This document shows, in pieces, positions 43,971 through 53,329 of a stretch of 58,032 bases of DNA. The stretch is from positions 1-58,032 of the IMG/VR virus record IMGVR_UViG_3300013947_000006; one strand, given 5' to 3'. Under the pieces are notes generated by a model. It was not told where the DNA came from and ran no database searches. It was given only the letters and a program-made list of their open reading frames with translations. Made by a program: the position numbers and the translations under genes. The DNA comes from a virus. Numbering within the stretch: position 1 is the stretch's first letter; every line of letters begins with the position of its first letter.

Positions 43971-44428
43971 TTATAATCATTGAAGGACCTGATGGATCAG
44001 GTAAGACTACTCTTGCCGAGAAATTTTCAAAGCAGACAAAGTATCCTATCATTCATCGAAGTCAGCCAAAGACTGACGAAGAAAAGAAACTGATGATGGG
44101 TGAGTATCTACAAACTATCCGTTCTGGTAAGAACATGATTTTTGATAGATGCTGGTATTCAGAAATGGCATATGGTCCGGTTATGCGAGACGCTTCTGTT
44201 ATTAGCTATCCAGAGATGTATGAGCTTGAAGAACAGTTGGCCAAATGTGGTGCAATCATTATTTATGCTACAGGCCCTAAGGCTGCCTTATGGCAAAGAT
44301 GCCAGAAGCGTGGTGAAGACTACATAACTTCAAGAGATGACTTTAATGCTATCTGTGAAAATTTTGACAGGCTTATGAAAGTCCCTCATCATATCCCTGT
44401 AGTAAGATATGAATACAAAGACCTGTAA
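43967..44428 (+). CDS. Thymidylate kinase-like dNMP kinase
   Basis: P-loop IIIIEGPDGSGKTTLA, DRCWYSE block; GGGAGG 7 nt before ATG 43967 (ATGA overlap). Confidence 0.7.
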   Translation: MIIIIEGPDGSGKTTLAEKFSKQTKYPIIHRSQPKTDEEKKLMMGEYLQTIRSGKNMIFDRCWYSEMAYGPVMRDASVISYPEMYELEEQLAKCGAIIIYATGPKAALWQRCQKRGEDYITSRDDFNAICENFDRLMKVPHHIPVVRYEYKDL

Positions 44429-45020
44429 GGGTTGTGGCTGGGTATATCCTCTGATTACTCCGTATTCGACTTGTCGCTTTTGCGGCAGGTCGTTTACGGA
44501 GGGTATTTGTAATATGTGCAAAAAACCTTCTGATGATATAATTCCAGGAACTAAACTGTGTAGGAAATGCTATAATAAGCGCAATGGCATTTATCAGAAG
44601 AGGGTTGTACGCACAACTGATGATAATCAGAAGTATTACAGACGTTTGTGTAAAGAGGCTGATGAACGCTTCGCCGCTTGGACAGAGCGACTTAAGAGCA
44701 TAACTACACATACTCTTACAGAAGATGAATGGATGGAATGTTGTAGATACTTTAACGGATGCGCCCTGTGTAGCAGCGACCAAATAGATGCTAGAGGTTA
44801 CTTTATACGCTTTGAAGATGGTGGCAAGTATAATGCTTGCAATGTTATTCCATTATGTGACAAGTGCGCCACAGCATTAAAAGTACAAACAAATCCATTT
44901 AGGCAAATGAACCCGACAATAAATAGAAACCTAGCAACCAGCAGAGGTTACTCAAAGGAGAAGCTTGAAAAGGTTGCAGAATATCTACAAAGCAAGATGG
45001 GAGGTGTAGATAATGAATAG
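44409..45020 (+). CDS. Cys-rich zinc-ribbon protein with degenerate HNH-like C-terminus
   Basis: CKGCG...CRFCG, CNMCK...CRKCY, then CALCSS...GGKYNACNVIPLCDKC (HNH-like layout, His not evident). Start uncertain. Confidence 0.5.
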   Translation: MNTKTCKGCGWVYPLITPYSTCRFCGRSFTEGICNMCKKPSDDIIPGTKLCRKCYNKRNGIYQKRVVRTTDDNQKYYRRLCKEADERFAAWTERLKSITTHTLTEDEWMECCRYFNGCALCSSDQIDARGYFIRFEDGGKYNACNVIPLCDKCATALKVQTNPFRQMNPTINRNLATSRGYSKEKLEKVAEYLQSKMGGVDNE

Positions 45021-45417
45021 TCAAGCTAGAATGGCTGTATTCAAAGACTTTACGAATAACCTGGCAACTTTATCCAAATGCTCTGAGCGTCATGTAGCCG
45101 CTATCATTACCGATAAAGATTTGACACAGGTGTACAGTATAGGTATCAATGGTGGTCCTAAAGGACTTGCTGACTGCATGTGCATTATTGATGGAAAGTA
45201 TGGATGTGTTCATGCAGAGGTAAATGCTCTTATCAAGTGCAGAACGGATAGTCCTGATAAAGTAATGTTTGTAACTCTTTCACCATGCAAGCAATGTGCT
45301 GCAGCTATCATAAATGCGCCTGGTGGTTTCTCAGCTGTCTACTATTTTGAGGAATGGAAAGATGACTCAGGTATTAAGTTATTAAAAGCCGCCGGAATAC
45401 ATGTAGCACGTATATAA
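45013..45417 (+). CDS. dCMP deaminase
   Basis: Zinc motifs HAEVNAL and PCKQCA; 134 aa. Confidence 0.85.
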   Translation: MNSQARMAVFKDFTNNLATLSKCSERHVAAIITDKDLTQVYSIGINGGPKGLADCMCIIDGKYGCVHAEVNALIKCRTDSPDKVMFVTLSPCKQCAAAIINAPGGFSAVYYFEEWKDDSGIKLLKAAGIHVARI

Positions 45418-45516
45418 CGCTCATAATAAGCCCGTAAAGCTTTGAGCGTATATTTTATCGCCTTTGCTTTACGGACTAGTAATAAGTAAAATAATCTATC
45501 AGGAAGGAGGCTTAAA

Positions 45517-45753
45517 ATGGCCCAAATTAACATCACTACTACAGAAGAAGAGCAGAACTGCGTATTAGAAGCTATTAAGAAGCTTTCTGGTAAGACTGTT
45601 GCAGTATCTACTATTGCTAAAGAAGCTGGTATGAACCAGAATAGAGTGCGCTATGTAGTTTCAGACCTTGAAGAAGCTGGTAAGATTAAGCGCGTACCTA
45701 CTAAGGCTTTCAACGAGCACTACATTCGATACAGATATGAAGTGCTGGTTTAA
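45517..45753 (+). CDS. Winged-helix DNA-binding protein (putative)
   Basis: 78 aa; VSTIAKEAGMNQNRVRYVVSDLEEAGKIKR looks like a wHTH recognition helix plus wing. Confidence 0.45.
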   Translation: MAQINITTTEEEQNCVLEAIKKLSGKTVAVSTIAKEAGMNQNRVRYVVSDLEEAGKIKRVPTKAFNEHYIRYRYEVLV

Positions 45754-45779
45754 GCAATAAATATACAGGAGGTTGTTCT

Positions 45780-46025
45780 ATGAAAGAACCATTGAGATTG
45801 TATGGTACTGCTTCATGCCCGCAGTGCCAGGGTGCTAAAAAGTACCTCGAACAAAAACAGGTGCCGTTTGAGTACATTGATGTATTCGAAAGTCCTGAGG
45901 GTATGAAAGAATTAGAAAATCGCGGGCTTACTACTCTTCCAGTAGTTATGCTTAACGATGGTACCTCGTACGTTACTGGTTTTAATGCCAAAGCAATTGA
46001 TGACTTAATTAAGGAGGAGATGTAA
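45780..46025 (+). CDS. nrdH: Glutaredoxin-like protein NrdH
   Basis: 81 aa thioredoxin fold with CPQC active site, directly upstream of nrdD. Confidence 0.75.
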   Translation: MKEPLRLYGTASCPQCQGAKKYLEQKQVPFEYIDVFESPEGMKELENRGLTTLPVVMLNDGTSYVTGFNAKAIDDLIKEEM

Positions 46026-47791
46026 TGTTACTGGACACTAATAAAATTGTAGATGACTACATGTTGCAGCGCGATTGGCGCGTTAAGGAGAACAGTAATG
46101 CTCCATTCAGCTTTGGGCAGATGAATAAATACATTAACAACGCAGTATCTAAACAATACTGGGCTGAGCGTGTGTATGATGCTTCTGCATCTTCTGCACA
46201 TAATGATGGTCTTATTCATATTCATGATATGGGCGGCTTGACCATTTACTGCTGTGGTTATTCCTTACAGAAGGTTCTCGACTATGGCGTTAAGGGGGTG
46301 CCTAATATCCCAACCTCAAAGCCTGCTAAGCACTTCGACGCAGCACTCAACCAGCTGGCTAATATGCTGACTATCTTCCAGAATGAAATTATGGGAGCTG
46401 TTGCTTTTAGTTCATTTGATACTTTGCTTGCCCCGTTCATCAGAGTAGATAATCTGAGTTATAGCGAAATTAAGCAGAATATCCAGAACTATGTCTACTC
46501 TGTGAACTCAAACAGCAGAGCAGGTGCAGAGCCGGCATTCAGTAATCTTACCTTTGATTTGTTTCCGCCTAAGGACCTTAAGGACCAGCCTGCTCGTATC
46601 GCTAATGAGCTGCTTGACTTTACTTATGGCGACTGCCAGAAAGAGATGGATATGCTCAACAAGGCATTCTTTGAAGTAATGCTGGAAGGTGATGCTAATG
46701 GTAAGCCGTTTGCTTATCCTATTCCTACATACTCTATTGCAGATGGCTTTGATTGGGATAATCCAAACAATGACTTACTCTGGGAAATGGCTGGTAAGTA
46801 TGGTTATCCGTATTTCAGTAACTTCATGGGAAGCGACATGGACCCAAGTGATGTGCGCTCTATGTGTTGCAGACTTCGTCTTGACCTTTCAGAGCTTCAG
46901 CGCCGCAATGGTGGTCTGTTTGGCTCTGGTGACAGCACTGGCTCCATTGGTGTAGTTACTTTGAACTTACCTCGTATAGGCTATCTTACTAAGGGTCAGC
47001 CTGTAGAATCCTTGCTGTCCATGATTAAAGACTTCATGAACATTGCAAAGGATAGTCTTGAAGAAAAACGTAACTGGTTGAATATGCACTTAATCGGTAC
47101 AGGTATGCTGCCAGCCTTCGACACATACGTTGGTACCCTTAATAATCATTTCAGTACTATTGGTTTTGTAGGTATGAATGAAATGTGCGAGAACTTCATG
47201 GGTAAAGGCATTGGTACAAAAGAGGGTAAAGCATTGGCTGAGCAGGTACTTGATTATATGAGAGATGTTCTGCTTGCTTTCCAGAAAGCTACTGGTCATT
47301 TGTACAACTTGGAGGCTACACCTGCTGAGTCTACTTGTTATAGACTTGCTAAGTTAGACAAGAAGCTTTATCCTGACATTATCACACAGGGCAGCGGTGA
47401 CAGTGTATATTATACAAACTCTTGTCACTTACCTGTTAAAGAAGTGAAGAATATTGCTGCACTTCTCGACCATCAGGACTCTCTTCAGACTAAGATGACA
47501 GGCGGTACTGTTGTACATCTGTACCTGGCAAAAGGCATTAGTGGCAATCAGGCTAAGCAGATTGTAAGGCATACTTGTGAAAACTACTCCTTACCTTACC
47601 TGTCTCTCTCGCCTATTATTTGCTATTGCCCTGAATGTGGAGTGCTTGATGAGCCCGTAGACAAGTGTCCTCACTGTGGTGGTGTAACAAAGTACATGCA
47701 GCGCATCACTGGTTATATCAGAGATGTAGATAACTACAACCCTGGCAAGCTGCAGGAATTTCATGATAGAAAGCAAATTCATGTTGAATAA
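46025..47791 (+). CDS. nrdD: Anaerobic ribonucleoside-triphosphate reductase
   Basis: 588 aa; C-terminal CPECG...CPHCG zinc ribbon followed by glycyl-radical motif RITGYIR. Confidence 0.9.
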   Translation: MLLDTNKIVDDYMLQRDWRVKENSNAPFSFGQMNKYINNAVSKQYWAERVYDASASSAHNDGLIHIHDMGGLTIYCCGYSLQKVLDYGVKGVPNIPTSKPAKHFDAALNQLANMLTIFQNEIMGAVAFSSFDTLLAPFIRVDNLSYSEIKQNIQNYVYSVNSNSRAGAEPAFSNLTFDLFPPKDLKDQPARIANELLDFTYGDCQKEMDMLNKAFFEVMLEGDANGKPFAYPIPTYSIADGFDWDNPNNDLLWEMAGKYGYPYFSNFMGSDMDPSDVRSMCCRLRLDLSELQRRNGGLFGSGDSTGSIGVVTLNLPRIGYLTKGQPVESLLSMIKDFMNIAKDSLEEKRNWLNMHLIGTGMLPAFDTYVGTLNNHFSTIGFVGMNEMCENFMGKGIGTKEGKALAEQVLDYMRDVLLAFQKATGHLYNLEATPAESTCYRLAKLDKKLYPDIITQGSGDSVYYTNSCHLPVKEVKNIAALLDHQDSLQTKMTGGTVVHLYLAKGISGNQAKQIVRHTCENYSLPYLSLSPIICYCPECGVLDEPVDKCPHCGGVTKYMQRITGYIRDVDNYNPGKLQEFHDRKQIHVE

Positions 47792-48245
47792 GCTGGTAAG
47801 CTACAAAGGTATTATCCATGAACGGGCAGAAGATGCTCCGTTCATGGGCGCCTTGATAATAGCAACATCATGTAGCAACGGATGCCGGGGGTGTTTCAAT
47901 CAGCACTTAAAAGATGCTGAGACATATCTGCGCTATGCTGATGAAGTTATTAAGGAAGTCAAGCAAAACCCATTCAATGATGGCATTATACTTGGTGGAC
48001 TTGAATGGTCTGAACAACCAGATGATATGGTAGCACTTGTAAGCTGTGCCGCAGCTGCACAGCTGAAAGTAATGGTATACACTGGTTTGACAGAAGAAGA
48101 ATTCTATCGTCGAATACCAAGCCATTACTTGCACAACTGCTATATTAAGTTTGGTAAGTACGATGAAAAGTGCCTGTCAGATAACTATGTATCTTTTGGT
48201 GTTAAGTTAGCTAGTACAAACCAATACATCGTACATCTTGACTAG
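47763..48245 (+). CDS. nrdG: Anaerobic RNR activating protein (radical SAM)
   Basis: CSNGCRGCFN cluster motif; immediately downstream of and overlapping nrdD. Confidence 0.85.
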   Translation: MIESKFMLNKLVSYKGIIHERAEDAPFMGALIIATSCSNGCRGCFNQHLKDAETYLRYADEVIKEVKQNPFNDGIILGGLEWSEQPDDMVALVSCAAAAQLKVMVYTGLTEEEFYRRIPSHYLHNCYIKFGKYDEKCLSDNYVSFGVKLASTNQYIVHLD

Positions 48246-48298
48246 AACAGGTAGTAACGGTCGGCACAGTAAGCCACTACACAAATTGTGGAAATGTG

Positions 48299-48327
48299 TT
48301 TACGGCTGCCTTCTTACATGATATAAT
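48299..48327 (+). promoter_or_regulatory. Sigma-A-type promoter for the DNA polymerase operon
   Basis: TTTACG-17 nt-TATAAT with TGA extended -10; lies inside the ORF-track N-terminal extension (48296), which is therefore rejected. Confidence 0.7.
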
Positions 48328-48346
48328 TATAATAGAAAGGAGAGTG

Positions 48347-50395
48347 ATGACTTTGGCAACAATACAAGCAAAGAAACGTCCTGTTATTCAGAAGGGTAAC
48401 GGATACGTCTATAATCCACAAACATTCGCCAAAGAGCACAAGGTCAGCAACTTCCATGTAGTTGAAGACCCACAAGAACTTCTTAGTCTTGTAAAACCAT
48501 TTGAATTTAGAGGGAGACGATTTATCACATTCGATACTGAGACTCACCCTGAATTTCCAAGCAGTCATGTAGTACCTAACACAGTAGTAAGACGCTGGGT
48601 AGGCTCTGGTAAAAAGGCTGTACCTCAGGACTTTCCATTCTGTATTTCAATTTGTGATGGTAAAGATTCCTATACTATCTTCGATACTGTTAGAAACGGT
48701 TTTGAAAAGTTCAAACAATTAGCACCTTTATTCGAGGACCCAAGCATTGAAAAGATTGCACACAATACTAAGTTTGATATGCACATGTTTGCAAATGCAG
48801 GCTTAAAGATTGTAGGTAGAATGCATGATACTGTAGTACTTGCAAAGCTCGCCAACGAGAACCGCAACTCGTTCCAGTTAAGAGACTTAGCAGCTCGTAA
48901 GAAGGGCGGCATTGTTAAGTTTGAGTACATGGTAGATGCCTACAAACAAATGAATAAGGTCAGTGATTATCGTCAAATTCCGCGTGAATTACTTAGCGAA
49001 TATGCTAATGCCGACGTATGGAACTGCTATCTGACCTTTATTACTGAATATGAAAAGATTGAACAAGATGAGCTTGTTAAGCTCTATGACAACGAGTGTG
49101 AACTTATGATGGCTTTATATGCAATGGAGCGTTATGGAATGAAAACAGACGTTGACTATGAAAAGCCACTTAAGGAAGAACTGCAAAAGCTTACGGATGA
49201 TGCAGAGCGTGCTATCTATGATGAAGCAGGTGGAATGTTTAATATCAATTCTGGTAAGCAGTTATACGGTGTACTTATGAAGCTGGGTGTTGACCCTACT
49301 TTAATACAGAAGACAGACAAGGGTAATCCAAAACTTGATAAGAATGCTTTGGCAAACCTTGCTGAAGTGCATGATGTATCTATCGTCAAAAAGATATTAG
49401 AGTACAGAAAGTATGAAAAGCTTCTGACTACTTACGCTGATGGTATTTATGACCAGCGTGATGCATGCAATCGAGTACATGGGTCTATCAATCAGACTGA
49501 GGCTACTACTGGTCGTATGTCCATTACGAAACCAGCTCTTCAGACTCTTCCAAAAAAGGACAAGCGTATCAGAAGAGTATTTATTCCTGATGATAATCAT
49601 GAGCTGTGGTTCATGGACCTTGACCAGGTAGAGTATCGCCTGTTTGCACACTATGCAAAAATTCCGGGCTTGATTGAGTCCATCAAAAATGGTTACGATG
49701 TTCATGCTGCTACAGCTGCATTGCTTTTCAACAAGAATGTAGACGAGCTTATCGAAAAGGTTCATAAGGGCGATGACGAGGCAAGTTCGCTTCGTTCAAG
49801 AGCAAAGACTATTAACTTTGCACTTATCTATGGTGTAGGTCAGGACCACTTAGCTGAGATGCTTAAGTGTACTCCTACAGAAGCTGCAGAGATTAAGGCA
49901 CGATACTTTTCTACAATGCCTGAAGCTCGTGTGTTTATTAACACAGTCTATCAGGTAATTAAGCTCAGAGGCTTTGTTAAGAACTTCTATGGAAGACGTC
50001 GCCGCCTCGACTCTGATGACTGCTACAAGGCGCCTAATGCACTTATTCAAGGTTGTGCTGCAGACTACATCAAGTATAAAGTGGTTGACATCTACAAGTA
50101 TTTGATGTACTATCATCTTAAGACACACTTAATCAACATTGTACACGATGAGCTTGTTATTGACTTCAATAAAGATGAGCTTGAGCATGTGCCAGTGCTT
50201 AGATGGATGCTGTCTGAATTCTCTGCGTTTAGATGCCCTATCACAGCAGGTGTAGAACGTGGTGAACCTTCTTGGGGACAGAAAGTAGAACCTGAGGGAG
50301 TAGAGTTTAAGGAGCCTGAAGACAAATCATACAAGAACTACAACGTTTATGATGGTTCTGTGTTTGATATTTACAGGGAGGCTGCACATGAATAA
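48347..50395 (+). CDS. polA: Family A DNA polymerase with 3'-5' exonuclease domain
   Basis: Exo I FDTET; pol motif A DLDQVEYRL, motif B RSRAKTINFALIYG, motif C IVHDELV; AAAGGAGAG RBS before ATG 48347. Confidence 0.92.
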   Translation: MTLATIQAKKRPVIQKGNGYVYNPQTFAKEHKVSNFHVVEDPQELLSLVKPFEFRGRRFITFDTETHPEFPSSHVVPNTVVRRWVGSGKKAVPQDFPFCISICDGKDSYTIFDTVRNGFEKFKQLAPLFEDPSIEKIAHNTKFDMHMFANAGLKIVGRMHDTVVLAKLANENRNSFQLRDLAARKKGGIVKFEYMVDAYKQMNKVSDYRQIPRELLSEYANADVWNCYLTFITEYEKIEQDELVKLYDNECELMMALYAMERYGMKTDVDYEKPLKEELQKLTDDAERAIYDEAGGMFNINSGKQLYGVLMKLGVDPTLIQKTDKGNPKLDKNALANLAEVHDVSIVKKILEYRKYEKLLTTYADGIYDQRDACNRVHGSINQTEATTGRMSITKPALQTLPKKDKRIRRVFIPDDNHELWFMDLDQVEYRLFAHYAKIPGLIESIKNGYDVHAATAALLFNKNVDELIEKVHKGDDEASSLRSRAKTINFALIYGVGQDHLAEMLKCTPTEAAEIKARYFSTMPEARVFINTVYQVIKLRGFVKNFYGRRRRLDSDDCYKAPNALIQGCAADYIKYKVVDIYKYLMYYHLKTHLINIVHDELVIDFNKDELEHVPVLRWMLSEFSAFRCPITAGVERGEPSWGQKVEPEGVEFKEPEDKSYKNYNVYDGSVFDIYREAAHE

Positions 50396-50798
50396 TACTA
50401 GACCATGCGTTGTCAAAGTGGACAAGAAGAAAAGTGTACAAGCTACATTTCATCGCTTCTGTGAACATGCCTATGTAGTGGAGCCGTCACCAATGATTGG
50501 TGGCGCTCCTGGTGGGCAGATAAGCGTACCACTAGCCGTAGTAGAGTATGAGGACGGTACTGTACACTATGTAGACCCAACACAGATTACCTTTACTGAC
50601 CATTTGAAAGTAGTAGTTAGTTCTGACACTGAGAAAGTAAGTGCTATTCGTAAAGCACTGCAGGAAAACGATGGATATTGCCCATGTGAGATACATAAAA
50701 CGTCTGATACTAAGTGTATGTGCAAAGCATTTAGAATGCAGACATCTCCTGGACCATGCCACTGTGGCTTGTATGAAAAACAGTTAAAGGAGGTGTAG
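50388..50798 (+). CDS. Hypothetical protein with C-terminal ferredoxin-thioredoxin-reductase-like Cys cluster
   Basis: AGGGAGG before ATG 50388 (ATGAATAA overlap with polA stop); C-terminal CPC-x9-CMC-x12-CHCGLY. Confidence 0.5.
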   Translation: MNNTRPCVVKVDKKKSVQATFHRFCEHAYVVEPSPMIGGAPGGQISVPLAVVEYEDGTVHYVDPTQITFTDHLKVVVSSDTEKVSAIRKALQENDGYCPCEIHKTSDTKCMCKAFRMQTSPGPCHCGLYEKQLKEV

Positions 50799-50799
50799 T

Positions 50800-51084
50800 A
50801 TGACTAAGAGTGTATCTAAGCAGATAGCTGATATTGAGCAAGACATTATGTCCATAATCTCATGCTATGCTTTGCCTCAGTCTGTTAACTTTAAGCTTGG
50901 TGCAATATATGCTAACCTTGAAAAAGCCAGACAAACAGCTACGGACCAAGAAGAAGCATACACAGGTATGATGCAAATGTACTTAGCTAAAAATCCAAAG
51001 AAGCTCAGCAATTTGCTGCAGAATATATCGGACATTATATCTGGCAATAATTTATGTAAAGAGGAGGAAAACAACAATGACTGA
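50800..51084 (+). CDS. Hypothetical protein (94 aa)
   Basis: AAGGAGG RBS; ORF track. Confidence 0.6.
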   Translation: MTKSVSKQIADIEQDIMSIISCYALPQSVNFKLGAIYANLEKARQTATDQEEAYTGMMQMYLAKNPKKLSNLLQNISDIISGNNLCKEEENNND

Positions 51085-51409
51085 AAAGAAAAGAATATGG
51101 GATAATTTCAAAGAGATTGACGAAGTGCGCAAGTCAGACTCAATTAAGTTTGTCATCGCCGCTGCAATTAGAGATGGTGTTAAATACATCAACATCAGAG
51201 AGTTCTACAAGCGTAAGAAAGACAATGTCTGGATGCCAGGCAGAGACGGTATTACAATTCCACTTGTAGTGCCAATTGAGCAGGGTAAAGCAAGACTCAC
51301 ACCATACACTGAAATGATTGATGTAATCAACAAGACAGCTGCAGAGCTTGAGACAATGGAGCTTCTTGATGAAGAACATGCCGTATACATTGAAAAGAAG
51401 GAGAAGTAA
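51077..51409 (+). CDS. PC4/YdbC-like ssDNA-binding protein (putative)
   Basis: IKFVIAAAIRDGVKYINIREFYKRKKDNVWMPGRDGITIPL resembles the PC4 core (GkxyvdIReyY...PgkkGIsL). Confidence 0.55.
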   Translation: MTEKKRIWDNFKEIDEVRKSDSIKFVIAAAIRDGVKYINIREFYKRKKDNVWMPGRDGITIPLVVPIEQGKARLTPYTEMIDVINKTAAELETMELLDEEHAVYIEKKEK

Positions 51410-51410
51410 C

Positions 51411-52382
51411 ATGAAGATTAACGAACTTGAAGTTGGACGTATTGTAGACATTGTATTAGTTGTGAAGTCTGCAACAGCCCGCGAAACAAAGGCCAAGAAG
51501 CCTTATTTGTCACTTGAGTTTTATGATGGAGTAGATACCATCAACGGAAACTACTGGGATTGGGGTGGCACAAACATTCCCGCAAAGAATGCTGTATTGG
51601 ATGTAAAAGCACAGGTAACTGAGTGGCAGGGCACTAAGCAGCTCAATGTTAAGACAATGTCTACCAACAATGAAATCCCACTTAGTGCATTCGCCCCATC
51701 GTCTGGCATTGATGTAAATGCTGTTTACAGTGATGCGTATGCTTTGATGTCAGATGTGAAAGATGAGTTCCTTAGGGGGCTCGCCTTAAGCATGTTAGAA
51801 GAGTTACAAGTAGCATGGCTTACAGTGCCTGGTGCAAAAGGCATTCATCACGCTTATATTGCGGGTACTCTTATCCACAGCTACTCTGTCGCTTGCTTAT
51901 CTAAACACATTGCTGAACAGGTTCCTGGTGCTAACGTTGACTTGTGTACAGTTGGCGGTATGCTTCATGACCTTGGTAAGTTGTATACCTACACACTGAA
52001 CGGTGTATCTATCGATATGACTGATGATGGAATGATGTACGAGCATCTTTTCATGGGAGCTGAGTTTGTAGGTAACTATGCAGATAACCACTTTACAATG
52101 GATGACTTGAATACTAGAAAGCTTGCAATGCTTCGCCACATCATCTTATCACATCATGGCAGATTAGAATACGGAGCAGTAACTGTACCACTTAGTATTG
52201 AAGCTCATATTGTGTATCATGCAGATGCCATTGATGCTGCAGCTGAACAGGTTAGAACAAATAGTGCAAAGGTTGGTAATGTACAATGGACTGACCGTAT
52301 TTGGGCACTTGAGAATAGACCTCATTTAACTACACAGTATGTAGCAGAAGTGATGAAGTCTCACTCAGTAGAGAAAGAATAA
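51411..52382 (+). CDS. OB-fold + HD-domain phosphohydrolase (YhaM-like 3'-5' exonuclease)
   Basis: N-terminal OB-like segment (VVKSATARETKAKKPYLSLEFYDG...TEWQGTKQLNV), HD motifs HHAY...LHDLGK...SHHG; AAGGAG before ATG 51411. Confidence 0.7.
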   Translation: MKINELEVGRIVDIVLVVKSATARETKAKKPYLSLEFYDGVDTINGNYWDWGGTNIPAKNAVLDVKAQVTEWQGTKQLNVKTMSTNNEIPLSAFAPSSGIDVNAVYSDAYALMSDVKDEFLRGLALSMLEELQVAWLTVPGAKGIHHAYIAGTLIHSYSVACLSKHIAEQVPGANVDLCTVGGMLHDLGKLYTYTLNGVSIDMTDDGMMYEHLFMGAEFVGNYADNHFTMDDLNTRKLAMLRHIILSHHGRLEYGAVTVPLSIEAHIVYHADAIDAAAEQVRTNSAKVGNVQWTDRIWALENRPHLTTQYVAEVMKSHSVEKE

Positions 52383-52413
52383 AGCAGCCACCGCATAGTT
52401 TCTTTCTATCATA

Positions 52414-52442
52414 TGTACGGCTACACTATTTCGTGATATAAT
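52414..52442 (+). promoter_or_regulatory. Sigma-A-type promoter for the 52.5-56.6 kb operon
   Basis: TGTACG-17 nt-TATAAT with TGA extended -10; followed by 5'UTR hairpin gcccggca/tgccgggc at ~52492-52515. Confidence 0.65.
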
Positions 52443-52533
52443 AAATATAGAGTGTGAGAGTAAAAGCAATCACTACTCAGACATTACAACGCCCGGCAGG
52501 TTCGCTTGCCGGGCAAATAAGGAGGTAACGTTC

Positions 52534-52743
52534 GTGAGCTTGAATGAAATGTTCGTAGCAACAAAAGATACTGACACGCATCGTGTCTGTGGTACTTGCG
52601 GTAAGCTGAAGCCAGTTGAAGAATTCTACAGAGACGGCAAAGACAAGAATGGTAAACCAAAGTATAGACGTGATTGTAAGGACTGCTACAAAGCGACCCG
52701 CATTCACGAAGCTGAAATGAAGAAAGGAAGGAACAAGAGATGA
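52534..52743 (+). CDS. Zinc-ribbon protein (69 aa), paralog of the N-termini of 6036..6608 and 53940..54518
   Basis: GTG start 6 nt after AAGGAGG; VCGTCGKLKPVEEF...DCKDCY. Confidence 0.65.
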   Translation: MSLNEMFVATKDTDTHRVCGTCGKLKPVEEFYRDGKDKNGKPKYRRDCKDCYKATRIHEAEMKKGRNKR

Positions 52744-52955
52744 GTAGACCAGTAAATGAAAATAGCACTGATATGTGTGCAGCATGCGACACAGACCTTG
52801 CTACATGCGAAACTATTTGGGCTGCAGAAGGTATTCTGTATTGTTCACGTGAGTGTGGCATTCATGATTTCAAGTATGCTTATGGTGATGATGCTGAAAG
52901 ACACTTTGATGAAGTAGCAGAAGAAATCAATCCAAGAGACATTGGAATTAAGTAA
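52740..52955 (+). CDS. Hypothetical Cys-rich protein (71 aa)
   Basis: ATGA overlap; CAACD...C...CSRECG. Confidence 0.55.
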   Translation: MSRPVNENSTDMCAACDTDLATCETIWAAEGILYCSRECGIHDFKYAYGDDAERHFDEVAEEINPRDIGIK

Positions 52956-52970
52956 TAGGAGGATAAAGCT

Positions 52971-53303
52971 ATGACTAAGAAGACTATGACATTAGAGCAG
53001 CTGTTGACTAAGACATCTGATGGAGATTTGCTCGATATTCAGGAAGAGCTGCTCTCAGGAGTTGTACCTGCAACAGGTTATGCTCATCGTTTCTGTCGTA
53101 AAGTTAACCGTATGATTGACAAAGGAGAACTTTGCATCAACCCAACGACGTATCGCAAGGTGTACTTACCTACACTTGCAAAGGCTGTTCAGAAAGAACT
53201 TGCATGCCGCTATGTATCAATCTTAAAGGGTGAGTCTTTCGTCTCAGAAGCTGATAATAACTCTTGCGAACAAATAGCACTTGACCTCGTTGGAAACATG
53301 TAA
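52971..53303 (+). CDS. Hypothetical protein (110 aa)
   Basis: TAGGAGG RBS. Confidence 0.6.
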   Translation: MTKKTMTLEQLLTKTSDGDLLDIQEELLSGVVPATGYAHRFCRKVNRMIDKGELCINPTTYRKVYLPTLAKAVQKELACRYVSILKGESFVSEADNNSCEQIALDLVGNM

Positions 53304-53329
53304 ACAGGTCAACATGGAGGATTTGATAG

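Noticed and set aside
48296-48346. N-terminal extensions given by the ORF track for polA (48296), RNase H (35449), the YhaM-like gene (51348), 50349, 26740, 12927 and others
   Set aside because: The extensions run through mapped promoters or upstream genes and lack RBSs. Internal ATG or GTG codons with AGGAGG-type sites 5-9 nt upstream were used instead.
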